From positions 333,498,001 to 333,562,000 of the forward strand of contig OZ024743.1 of assembly GCA_964016885.1 (NCBI GenBank): a stretch of DNA of 64,000 bases, written 5' to 3'. The notes under the pieces were generated by a model. It was not told the origin of the DNA and ran no database searches. It saw only the letters and a program-made list of their open reading frames with translations. Position numbers and translations under genes: made by a program. Positions 1 through 11,417 of the stretch are shown piece after piece. The DNA is from Eledone cirrhosa. Its lineage: Eukaryota. Every line of letters starts with the position of its first letter. The first letter of the stretch is position 1.

Positions 1-3000
1 GAAACCAGTAAAGAGTGTGGTGCCCCAGCATGGCTGCAGTTTAATGACTGAAACCAGTAAAGAGTGTAGTGCCCCATCATGGCTGCAGTTTGATGACTGA
101 AACCAGTAAAGAGTGTAGTGCCCCATCATGGCTGCAGTTTGATGACTGAAACCAGTAAAGAGTGTGGTGCCCCAGCATGGCTGCAGTTTAATGACTGAAA
201 CCTGTAAAGAGTGTGGTGCCCCAGCATGGCTGCAGTTTGATGACTGAAACCAGTAAAGAGTGTAGTGCCCCATCATGGCTGCAGTTTGATGACTGAAACC
301 AGTAAAGAGTGTGGTGCCCCAGCATGGCTGCAGTTTAATGACTGAAACCTGTAAAGAGTGTGGTGCCCCAGCATGGCTGCAGTTTGATGACTGAAACCAG
401 TAAAGAGTGTGGTGCCCCAGCATGGCTGCAGTTTAATGACTGAAACCTGTAAAGAGTGTAGTGCCCCAGCATGGCTGCAGTTTGATGACTGAAACCAGTA
501 AAGAGTGTGGTGCCCCAGCATGGCTGCAGTTTAATGACTGAAACCAGTAAAGAGTGTAGTGCCCCATCATGGCTGCAGTTTGATGACTGAAACCAGTAAA
601 GAGTGTAGTGCCCCATCATGGCTGCAGTTTGATGACTGAAACCAGTAAAGAGTGTAGTGCCCCATCATGGCTGCAGTTTGATGACTGAAACCAGTAAAGA
701 GTGTGGTGCCCCAGCATGGCTGCAGTTTAATGACTGAAACCTGTAAAGAGTGTTGTGCCCCAGCATGGCTGCAGTTTGATGACTGAAACCAGTAAAGAGT
801 GTGGTGCCCCAGCATGGCTGCAGTTTAATGACTGAAACCAGTAAAGAGTGTAGTGCCCCATCATGGCTGCAGTTTGATGACTGAAACCAGTAAAGAGTGT
901 AGTGCCCCAGCATGGCTGCAGTTTGATGACTGAAACCAGTAAAGAGTGTAGTGCCCCATCATGGCTGCAGTTTGATGACTGAAACCAGTAAAGAGTGTAG
1001 TGCCCCATCATGGCTGCAGTTTGATGACTGAAACCAGTAAAGAGTGTAGTGCCCCAGCATGGCTGCAGTTTGATGACTGAAACCAGTAAAGAGTGTGGTG
1101 CCCCAGCATGGCTGCAGTTTGATGACTGAAACCAGTAAAGAGTGTAGTGCCCCAGCATGGCTGCAGTTTGATGACTGAAACCAGTAAAGAGTGTAGTGCC
1201 CCATCATGGCTGCAGTTTGATGACTGAAATCAGTAAAGAGTGTGGTGCTCCAGCATGGCTGCAGTTTGATGACTGAAACCAGTAAAGAGTGTAGTGCCCC
1301 ATCATGGCTGCAGTTTGATGACTGAAATCAGTAAAGAGTGTGGTGCTCCAGCATGGCTGCAGTTTGATGACTGAAACCAGTAAAGAGTGTAGTGCTCCAG
1401 CATGGCTGCAGTTTGACGACTGAAACCAGTAAAGAGTATAGTGCCCCATCATGGCTGTAGTTTGATGACTGAAACCAGTAAAGAGTGTAGTGCCCCAGCA
1501 TGGCTGCAGTTTGATGACTGAAACCAGTAAAGAGTGTAGTGCCCCATCATGGCTGCAGTTTGATGACTGAAACCAGTAAAGAGTGAGGTGCCCCAGCATG
1601 GCTGCAGTTTAATGACTGAAACCAGTAAAGAGTGTAGTGCCCCATCATGGCTGCAGTTTGATTACTGAAACCAGTAAAGAGTGTAGTGCTCCACCATGGC
1701 TGCAGTTTGATGACTGAAACCAGTAAAGAGTGTAGTGCCCCAGCATGGCTGCAGTTTAATGACTGAAACCAGTAAAGAGTGTAGTGCCCCATCATGGCTG
1801 CAGTTTGATGACTGAAACCAGTAAAGAGTGTGGTGCCCTAGCATGGCTGCAGTTTGATGACTGAAACCAGTCAAGAGTGTAGTGCCCCATCATGGCTGCA
1901 GTTTGATGACTGAAACCAGTAAAGAGTGTAGTGCCCCAGCATGGCTGCAGTTTGATGACTGAAACCAGTAAAGAGTGTAGTGCCCCATCATGGCTGCAGT
2001 TTGATGACTGAAACCAGTAAAGAGTGTAGTGCCCCATCATGGCTGCAGTTTGATGACTGAAACCAGTAAAGAGTGTGGTGCCCCATCATGGCTGCAGTTT
2101 GATTACTGAAACCAGTAAAGAGTGTAGTGCTCCATCATGGCTGCAGTTTGATGACTGAAACCAGTAAAGAGTGTAGTGCCCCAGCATGGCTGCAGTTTAA
2201 TGACTGAAACCAGTAAAGAGTGTAGTGCCCCATCATGGCTGCAGTTTGATGACTGAAACCAGTAAAGAGTGTGGTGCCCTAGCATGGCTGCAGTTTGATG
2301 ACTGAAACCAGTAAAGAGTGTAGTGCCCCATCATGGCTGCAGTTTGATGACTGAAACCAGTAAAGAGTGTAGTGCCCCAGCATGGCTGCAGTTTGATGAC
2401 TGAAACCAGTAAAGAGTGTAGTGCCCCATCATGGCTGCAGTTTGATGACTGAAACCAGTAAAGAGTGTAGTGCCCCATCATGGCTGCAGTTTGATGACTG
2501 AAACCAGTAAAGAGTGTGGTGCCCCAGCATGGCTGCAGTTTAATGACTGAAACCAGTAAAGAGTGTAGTGCCCCATTATGGCTGCAGTTTGATGACTGAA
2601 ACCAGTAAAGAGTGTGGTGCCCCAGCATGGCTGCAGTTTGATGACTGAAACCAGTAAAGAGTTTAGTGCCCCATCATGGCTGCAGTTTGATGACTGAAAC
2701 CAGTAAAGAGTGTGGTGCTCCAGCATGGCTGCAGTTTGATGACTGAAACCAGTAAAGAGTGTAGTGCCCCATCATGGCTGCAGTTTGATGACTGAAACCA
2801 GTAAAGAGTGTAGTGCCCCATCATGGCTGCAGTTTGATGACTGAAACCAGTAAAGAGTGTGGTGCCCCAGCATGGCTGCAGTTTAATGACTGAAACCTGT
2901 AAAGAGTGTAGTGCCCCAGCATGGCTGCAGTTTGATGACTGAAACCAGTAAAGAGTGTGGTGCCCCAGCATGGCTGCAGTTTAATGACTGAAACCAGTAA

Positions 3001-4740
3001 AGAGTGTAGTGCCCCATCATGGCTGCAGTTTGATGACTGAAACCAGTAAAGAGTGTAGTGCCCCATCATGGCTGCAGTTTGATGACTGAAACCAGTAAAG
3101 AGTGTGGTGCCCCAGCATGGCTGCAGTTTAATGACTGAAACCTGTAAAGAGTGTGGTGCCCCAGCATGGCTGCAGTTTGATGACTGAAACCAGTAAAGAG
3201 TGTAGTGCCCCATCATGGCTGCAGTTTGATGACTGAAACCAGTAAAGAGTGTGGTGCCCCAGCATGGCTGCAGTTTAATGACTGAAACCAGAAAAGAGTG
3301 TAGTGCCCCATGATGGCTGCAGTTTGATGACTGAAACCAGTAAAGAGTGTGGTGCCCCATCATGGCTGCAGTTTGATGACTGAAACCAGTAAAGAGTGTA
3401 GTGCCCCATCATGGCTGCAGTTTGATGACTGAAACCAGTAAAGAGTGTAGTGCCCCAGCATGGCTGCAGTTTAATGACTGAAACCAGTAAAGAGTGTAGT
3501 GCCCCAGCATGGCTGCAGTTTGATGACTGAAACCAGTAAAGAGTGTGGTGCTCCAGCATGGCTGCAGTTTGATGACTGAAACCAGTAAAGATTGTAGTGC
3601 CCCATCAAGGCTGCAGTTTGATGACTGAAACCAGTAAAGAGTGTAGTGCCCCAGCATGGCTGCAGTTTGATGACTGAAACCAGTAAAGAGTGTGGTGCTC
3701 CAGCATGGCTGCAGTTTGATGACTGAAACCAGTAAAGAGTGTAGTGCCCCAGCATGGCTGCAGTTTGATGACTGAAACCAGTAAAGAGTGTAGTGCCCCA
3801 GCATGGCTGCAGTTTGATGACTGAAACCAGTAAAGAGTGTGGTGCTCCAGCATGGCTGCAGTTTGATGACTGAAACCAGTAAAGAGTGTAGTGCCCCAGC
3901 ATGGCTGCAGTTTGATGACTGAAACCAGTAAAGAGTGTGGTGCTCCAGCATGGCTGCAGTTTGATGACTGAAACCAGTAAAGAGTGTAGTGCCCCAGCAT
4001 GGCTGCAGTTTAATGACTGAAACCAGTAAAGAGTGTAGTGCCCCATCATGGCTGCAGTTTGATGACTGAAACCAGTAAAGAGTGTGGTGCCCTAGCATGG
4101 CTGCAGTTTGATGACTGAAACCAGTAAAGAGTGTAGTGCCCCATCATGGCTGCAGTTTGATGACTGAAACCAGTAAAGAGTGTAGTGCCCCAGCATGGCT
4201 GCAGTTTGATGACTGAAACCAGTAAAGAGTGTAGTGCCCCATCATGGCTGCAGTTTGATGACTGAAACCAGTAAAGAGTGTAGTGCCCCATCATGGCTGC
4301 AGTTTGATGACTGAAACCAGTAAAGAGTGTGGTGCCCCAGCATGGCTGCAGTTTAATGACTGAAACCAGTAAAGAGTGTAGTGCCCCATTATGGCTGCAG
4401 TTTGATGACTGAAACCAGTAAAGAGTGTGGTGCCCCAGCATGGCTGCAGTTTGATGACTGAAACCAGTAAAGAGTTTAGTGCCCCATCATGGCTGCAGTT
4501 TGATGACTGAAACCAGTAAAGAGTGTGGTGCTCCAGCATGGCTGCAGTTTGATGACTGAAACCAGTAAAGAGTGTAGTGCCCCATCATGGCTGCAGTTTG
4601 ATGACTGAAACCAGTAAAGAGTGTAGTGCCCCATCATGGCTGCAGTTTGATGACTGAAACCAGTAAAGAGTGTGGTGCCCCAGCATGGCTGCAGTTTAAT
4701 GACTGAAACCTGTAAAGAGTGTAGTGCCCCAGCATGGCTG
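1..4740. repeat. Higher-order block copied at about 20483-25130 (offset 418, then 416 monomers)
   Basis: Rare variants pair at offset 20482: 754/21236, 1586/22068, 1694/22176, 1872/22354. They pair at offset 20384 further on: 3592/23976 and 3608/23992. Matching ORFs show the same offsets (273/20755, 2103/22487, 4046/24430). Confidence 0.9.
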
Positions 4741-7700
4741 CAGTTTGATGACTGAAACCAGTAAAGAGTGTGGTGCTCCAGCATGGCTGCAGTTTGATGA
4801 CTGAAACCAGTAAAGAGTGTAGTGCCCCAGCATGGCTGCAGTTTGATGACTGAAACCAGTAAAGAGTGTGGTGCTCCAGCATGGCTGCAGTTTGATGACT
4901 GAAACCAGTAAAGAGTGTAGTGCCCCAGCATGGCTGCAGTTTAATGACTGAAACCAGTAAAGAGTGTAGTGCCCCATCATGGCTGCAGTTTGATGACTGA
5001 AACCAGTAAAGAGTGTAGTGCCCCATCATGGCTGCAGTTTGATGACTGAAACCAGTAAAGAGTGTGGTTCCCCAGCATGGCTGCAGTTTGATGACTGAAA
5101 CCAGTAAAGAGTGTGGTGCCCCATCATGGCTGCAGTTTGATGACTGAAACCAGTAAAGAGTTTAGTGCCCCATCATGGCTGCAGTTTGATGACTGAAACC
5201 AGTAAAGAGTGTAGTGCCCCATCATGGCTGCAGTTTGATGACTGAAACCAGTAAAGAGTGTGGTGCTCCAGCATGGCTGCAGTTTGATGACTGAAACCAG
5301 TAAAGAGTGTAGTGCCCCATTATGGCTGCAGTTTGATGATTGAAACCAGTAAAGAGTGTGGTGCCCCAGCATGGCTGCAGTTTGATGACTGAAACCAGTA
5401 AAGAGTTTAGTGCCCCATCATGGCTGCAGTTTAATGACTGAAACCAGTAAAGAGTGTGGTGCCCCAGCATGGCTGCAGTTTGATGACTGAAACCAGTAAA
5501 GAGTGTAGTGCCCCAGCATGGCTGCAGTTTGATGACTGAAACCAGTAAAGAGTGTAGTGCCCCATCATGGCTGCAGTTTGATGACTGAAACCAGTAAAGA
5601 GTGTAGTGCCCCAGCATGGCTGCAGTTTGATGACTGAAACCAGTAAAGAGTGTAGTGCCCCATCATGGCTGCAGTTTGATGACTGAAACCAGTAAAGAGT
5701 GTAGTGCCCCAGCATGGCTGCAGTTTGATGACTGAAACCAGTAAAGAGTGTAGTGCCCCAGCATGGCTGCAGTTTGATGACTGAAACCAGTAAAGAGTGT
5801 AGTGCCCCATCATGGCTGCAGTTTGATGACTGAAACCAGTAAAGAGTGTAGTGCCCCAGCATGGCTGCAGTTTGATGACTGAAACCAGTAAAGAGTGTAG
5901 TGCCCCATCATGGCTGCAGTTTGATGACTGAAACCAGTAAAGAGTGTAGTGCCCCAGCATGGCTGCAGTTTGATGACTGAAACCAGTAAAGAGTGTAGTG
6001 CCCCATCATGGCTGCAGTTTGATGACTGAAACCAGTAAAGAGTGTAGTGCCCAATCATGGCTGCAGTTTGATGACTGAAACCAGTAAAGAGTGTGGTGCC
6101 CCAGCATGGCTGCAGTTTAATGACTGAAACCTGTAAAGAGTGTAGTGCCCCAGCATGGCTGCAGTTTGATGACTGAAACCAGTAAAGAGTGTAGTGCCCC
6201 AGCACGGCTGCAGTTTGATGACTGAAATCAGTAAAGAGTGTGGTGCCCCAGCATGGCTGCAGTTTAATGACTGAAACCAGTAAAGAGTGTAGTGCCCCAT
6301 CATGGCTGCAGTTTGATGACTGAAACCAGTAAAGAGTGTAGTGCCCCAGCATGGCTGCAGTTTGATGACTGAAATCAGTAAAGAGTGTGGTGCCCCAGCA
6401 TGGCTGCAGTTTAATGACTGAAACCAGTAAAGAGTGTAGTGCCCCATCATGGCTGCAGTTTGATGACTGAAATCAGTAAAGAGTGTGGTGCTCCAGCATG
6501 GCTGCAGTTTGATGACTGAAACCAGTAAAGAGTGTAGTGCCCCAGCATGGCTGCAGTTTGATGACTGAAATCAGTAAAGAGTGTGGTGCTCCAGCATGGC
6601 TGCAGTTTGATGACTGAAACCAGTAAAGAGTGTAGTGTCCCATCATGGCTGCAGTTTGACGACTGAAACCAGTAAAGAGTGTAGTGCCCCAGCATGGCTG
6701 CAGTTTAATAACTGAAACCTGTAAAGAGTGTAGTGCCCCAGCATGGCTGCAGTTTGATGACTGAAACCAGTAAAGAGTGTGGTGCCCCAGCATGGCTGCA
6801 GTTTAATGACTGAAACCAGTAAAGAGTGTAGTGCCCCATCATGGCTGCAGTTTGATGACTGAAACCAGTAAAGAGTGTAGTGCCCCAGCATGGCTGCAGT
6901 TTGATGACTGAAATCAGTAAAGAGTGTGGTGCTCCAGCATGGCTGCAGTTTGATGACTGAAACCAGTAAAGAGTGTAGTGCCCCATCATGGCTGCAGTTT
7001 GATGACTGAAACCAGTAAAGAGTGTAGTGCCCCATCATGGCTGCAGTTTGATGACTGAAACCAGTAAAGAGTGTGGTGCCCCAGCATGGCTGCAGTTTAA
7101 TGACTGAAACCAGTAAAGAGTGTGGTGCCCCAGCATGGCTGCAGTTTGATGACTGAAACCAGTAAAGAGTGTAGTGCCCCATCATGGCTGCAGTTTGATG
7201 ACTGAAACCAGTAAAGAGTGTAGTGCCCCAGCATGGCTGCAGTTTGATGACTGAAACCAGTAAAGAGTGTAGTGCCCCATCATGGCTGCAGTTTGATGAC
7301 TGAAACCAGTAAAGAGTGTGGTGCCCCAGCATGGCTGCAGTTTAATGACTGAAACCAGTAAAGAGTGTAGTGCCCCATCATGGCTGCAGTTTGATGACTG
7401 AAACCAGTAAAGAGTGTGGTGCCCCAGCATGGCTGCAGTTTGATGACTGAAACCAGTAAAGAGTTTAGTGCCCCATCATGGCTGCAGTTTGATGACTGAA
7501 ACCAGTAAAGAGTGTAGTGCCCCATGATGGCTGCAGTTTGATGACTGAAACCAGTAAAGAGTGTGGTGCCCCAGCATGGCTGCAGTTTAATGACTGAAAC
7601 CAGTAAAGAGTGTAGTGCCCCATCATGGCTGCAGTTTGATGACTGAAACCAGTAAAGAGTGTGGTGCCCCAGCATGGCTGCAGTTTAATGACTGAAACCT

Positions 7701-10700
7701 GTAAAGAGTGTAGTGCCCCAGCATGGCTGCAGTTTGATGACTGAAACCAGTAAAGAGTGTGGTGCCCCAGCATGGCTGCAGTTTAATGACTGAAACCAGT
7801 AAAGAGTGTAGTGCCCCATCATGGCTGCAGTTTGATGACTGAAACCAGTAAAGAGTGTGGTGCTCCAGCATGGCTGCAGTTTGATGACTGAAACCAGTAA
7901 AGAGTGTAGTGCCCCATCATGGCTGCAGTTTGATGACTGAAACCAGTAAAGAGTGTGGTGCCCCAGCATGGCTGCAGTTTAATGACTGAAACCAGTAAAG
8001 AGTGTAGTGCCCCATCATGGCTGCAGTTTGATGACTGAAACCAGTAAAGAGTGTGGTGCCCCAGCATGGCTGCAGTTTGATGACTGAAACCAGTAAAGAG
8101 TGTGGTGCCCCAGCATGGCTGCAGTTTGATGACTGAAACCAGTAAAGAGTGTGGTGCTCCAGCATGGCTGCAGTTTGATGACTGAAACCAGTAAAGAGTG
8201 TAGTGCCCCATCATGGCTGCAGTTTGATGACTGAAACCAGTAAAGAGTGTGGTGCTCCAGCATGGCTGCAGTTTGATGACTGAAACCAGTAAAGAGTGTA
8301 GTGTCCCAGCATGGCTGCAGTTTGACGACTGAAACCAGTAAAGAGTGTAGTGCCCCATCATGGCTGTAGTTTGATGACTGAAACCAGTAAAGAGTGTGGT
8401 GCCCCAGCATGGCTGCAGTTTAATGACTGAAACCAGTAAAGAGTGTGGTGCTCCAGCATGGCTGCAGTTTGATGACTGAAACCAGTAAAGAGTGTAGTGC
8501 CCCATCATGGCTGTAGTTTGATGACTGAAACCAGTAAAGAGTGTAGTGCCCCAGCATGGCTGCAGTTTGATGACTGAAACCAGTAAAGAGTGTAGTGCCC
8601 CAGCATGGCTGCAGTTTAATGACTGAAACCTGTAAAGAGTGTAGTGCCCCAGCATGGCTGCAGTTTAATGACTGAAACCAGTAAAGAGTGTGGTGCTCCA
8701 GCATGGCTGCAGTTTGATGACTGAAACCAGTAAAGAGTGTAGTGCCCCAGCATGGCTGCAGTTTGATGACTGAAACCAGTAAAGAGTGTGGTGCTCCAGC
8801 ATGGCTGCAGTTTGATGACTGAAACCAGTAAAGAGTGTAGTGCCCCAGCATGGCTGCAGTTTAATGACTGAAACCAGTAAAGAGTGTAGTGCCCCATCAT
8901 GGCTGCAGTTTGATGACTGAAACCAGTAAAGAGTGTGGTGCCCCAGCATGGCTGCAGTTTGATGACTGAAACCAGTAAAGAGTGTAGTGCCCCATCATGG
9001 CTGCAGTTTGATGACTGAAACCAGTAAAGAGTGTAGTGCCCCATCATGGCTGCAGTTTGATGACTGAAACCAGTAAAGAGTGTGGTGCCCCAGCATGGCT
9101 GCAGTTTAATGACTGAAACCAGTAAAGAGTGTAGTGCCCCATCATGGCTGCAGTTTGATGACTGAAACCAGTAAAGAGTGTGGTTCCCCAGCATGGCTGC
9201 AGTTTGATGACTGAAACCAGTAAAGAGTGTAGTGTCCCAGCATGGCTGCAGTTTGATGACTGAAACCAGTAAAGAGTGTAGTGCCCCATCATGGCTGCAG
9301 TTTGATGACTGAAACCAGTAAAGAGTGTAGTGTCCCAGCATGGCTGCAGTTTGATGACTGAAACCAGTAAAGAGTGTAGTGCCCCATCATGGCTGCAGTT
9401 TGATGACTGAAACCAGTAAAGAGTGTGGTTCCCCAGCATGGCTGCAGTTTGATGACTGAAACCAGTAAAGAGTGTAGTGTCCCAGCATGGCTGCAGTTTG
9501 ATGACTGAAACCAGTAAAGAGTGTAGTGCCCCATCATGGCTGCAGTTTGATGACTGAAACCAGTAAAGAGTGTAGTGTCCCAGCATGGCTGCAGTTTGAT
9601 GACTGAAACCAGTAAAGAGTGTAGTGCCCCATCATGGCTGCAGTTTGATGACTGAAACCAGTAAAGAGTTTAGTGCCCCGTCATGGCTGCAGTTTGATGA
9701 CTGAAACCAGTAAAGAGTGTAGTGCCCCATCATGGCTGCAGTTTAATGACTGAAACCAGTAAAGAGTGTAGTGCCCCATCATGGCTGCAGTTTGATGACT
9801 GAAACCAGTAAAGAGTGTAGTGCCCCATCATGGCTGCAGTTTGATGACTGAAACCAGTAAAGAGTGTGGTGCCCCATCATGGCTGCAGTTTGATGACTGA
9901 AACCAGTAAAGAGTGTAGTGTCCCAGCATGGCTGCAGTTTGATGACTGAAACCAGTAAAGAGTGTAGTGCCCCATCATGGCTGCAGTTTGATGACTGAAA
10001 CCAGTAAAGAGTGTGGTTCCCCAGCATGGCTGCAGTTTGATGACTGAAACCAGTAAAGAGTGTAGTGTCCCAGCATGGCTGCAGTTTGATGACTGAAACC
10101 AGTAAAGAGTGTAGTGCCCCATCATGGCTGCAGTTTGATGACTGAAACCAGTAAAGAGTGTGGTTCCCCAGCATGGCTGCAGTTTGATGACTGAAACCAG
10201 TAAAGAGTGTAGTGTCCCAGCATGGCTGCAGTTTGATGACTGAAACCAGTAAAGAGTGTAGTGCCCCATCATGGCTGCAGTTTGATGACTGAAACCAGTA
10301 AAGAGTGTGGTTCCCCAGCATGGCTGCAGTTTGATGACTGAAACCAGTAAAGAGTGTAGTGTCCCAGCATGGCTGCAGTTTGATGACTGAAACCAGTAAA
10401 GAGTGTAGTGCCCCATCATGGCTGCAGTTTGATGACTGAAACCAGTAAAGAGTGTAGTGTCCCAGCATGGCTGCAGTTTGATGACTGAAACCAGTAAAGA
10501 GTGTAGTGCCCCATCATGGCTGCAGTTTGATGACTGAAACCAGTAAAGAGTGTAGTGCCCCATCATGGCTGCAGTTTGATGACTGAAACCAGTAAAGAGT
10601 GTAGTGCCCCATCATGGCTGCAGTCTGATGACTGAAACCAGTAAAGAGTGTAGTGCCCCATCATGGCTGCAGTTTGATGACTGAAACCAGTAAAGAGTGT

Positions 10701-11417
10701 AGTGCCCCATCATGGCTGCAGTCTGATGACTGAAACCAGTAAAGAGTGTAGTGCCCCATCATGGCTGCAGTTTGATGACTGAAACCAGTAAAGAGTGTGG
10801 TTCCCCAGCATGGCTGCAGTTTGATGACTGAAACCAGTAAAGAGTGTAGTGTCCCAGCATGGCTGCAGTTTGATGACTGAAACCAGTAAAGAGTGTAGTG
10901 CCCCATCATGGCTGCAGTTTGATGACTGAAACCAGTAAAGAGTGTAGTGTCCCAGCATGGCTGCAGTTTGATGACTGAAACCAGTAAAGAGTGTAGTGCC
11001 CCATCATGGCTGCAGTTTGATGACTGAAACCAGTAAAGAGTGTAGTGTCCCAGCATGGCTGCAGTTTGATGACTGAAACCAGTAAAGAGTGTAGTGCCCC
11101 ATCATGGCTGCAGTTTGATGACTGAAACCAGTAAAGAGTGTAGTGCCCCATCATGGCTGCAGTCTGATGACTGAAACCAGTAAAGAGTGTAGTGCCCCAT
11201 CATGGCTGCAGTTTGATGACTGAAACCAGTAAAGAGTGTAGTGCCCCATCATGGCTGCAGTCTGATGACTGAAACCAGTAAAGAGTGTAGTGCCCCATCA
11301 TGGCTGCAGTTTGATGACTGAAACCAGTAAAGAGTGTGGTTCCCCAGCATGGCTGCAGTTTGATGACTGAAACCAGTAAAGAGTGTAGTGTCCCAGCATG
11401 GCTGCAGTTTGATGACT

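Noticed and set aside
19-30. G-quadruplex potential from minus-strand GGGG runs
   Set aside because: There is only one G4 tract per 49 bp, so the loops of about 45 nt are too long for a canonical intramolecular quadruplex.
92-102. AP-1/GCN4-like site (ATGACTGA versus TGACTCA) in each monomer junction
   Set aside because: It mismatches the palindromic core, and a near match to a 7-mer is expected by chance. Nothing in the sequence supports a regulatory function.
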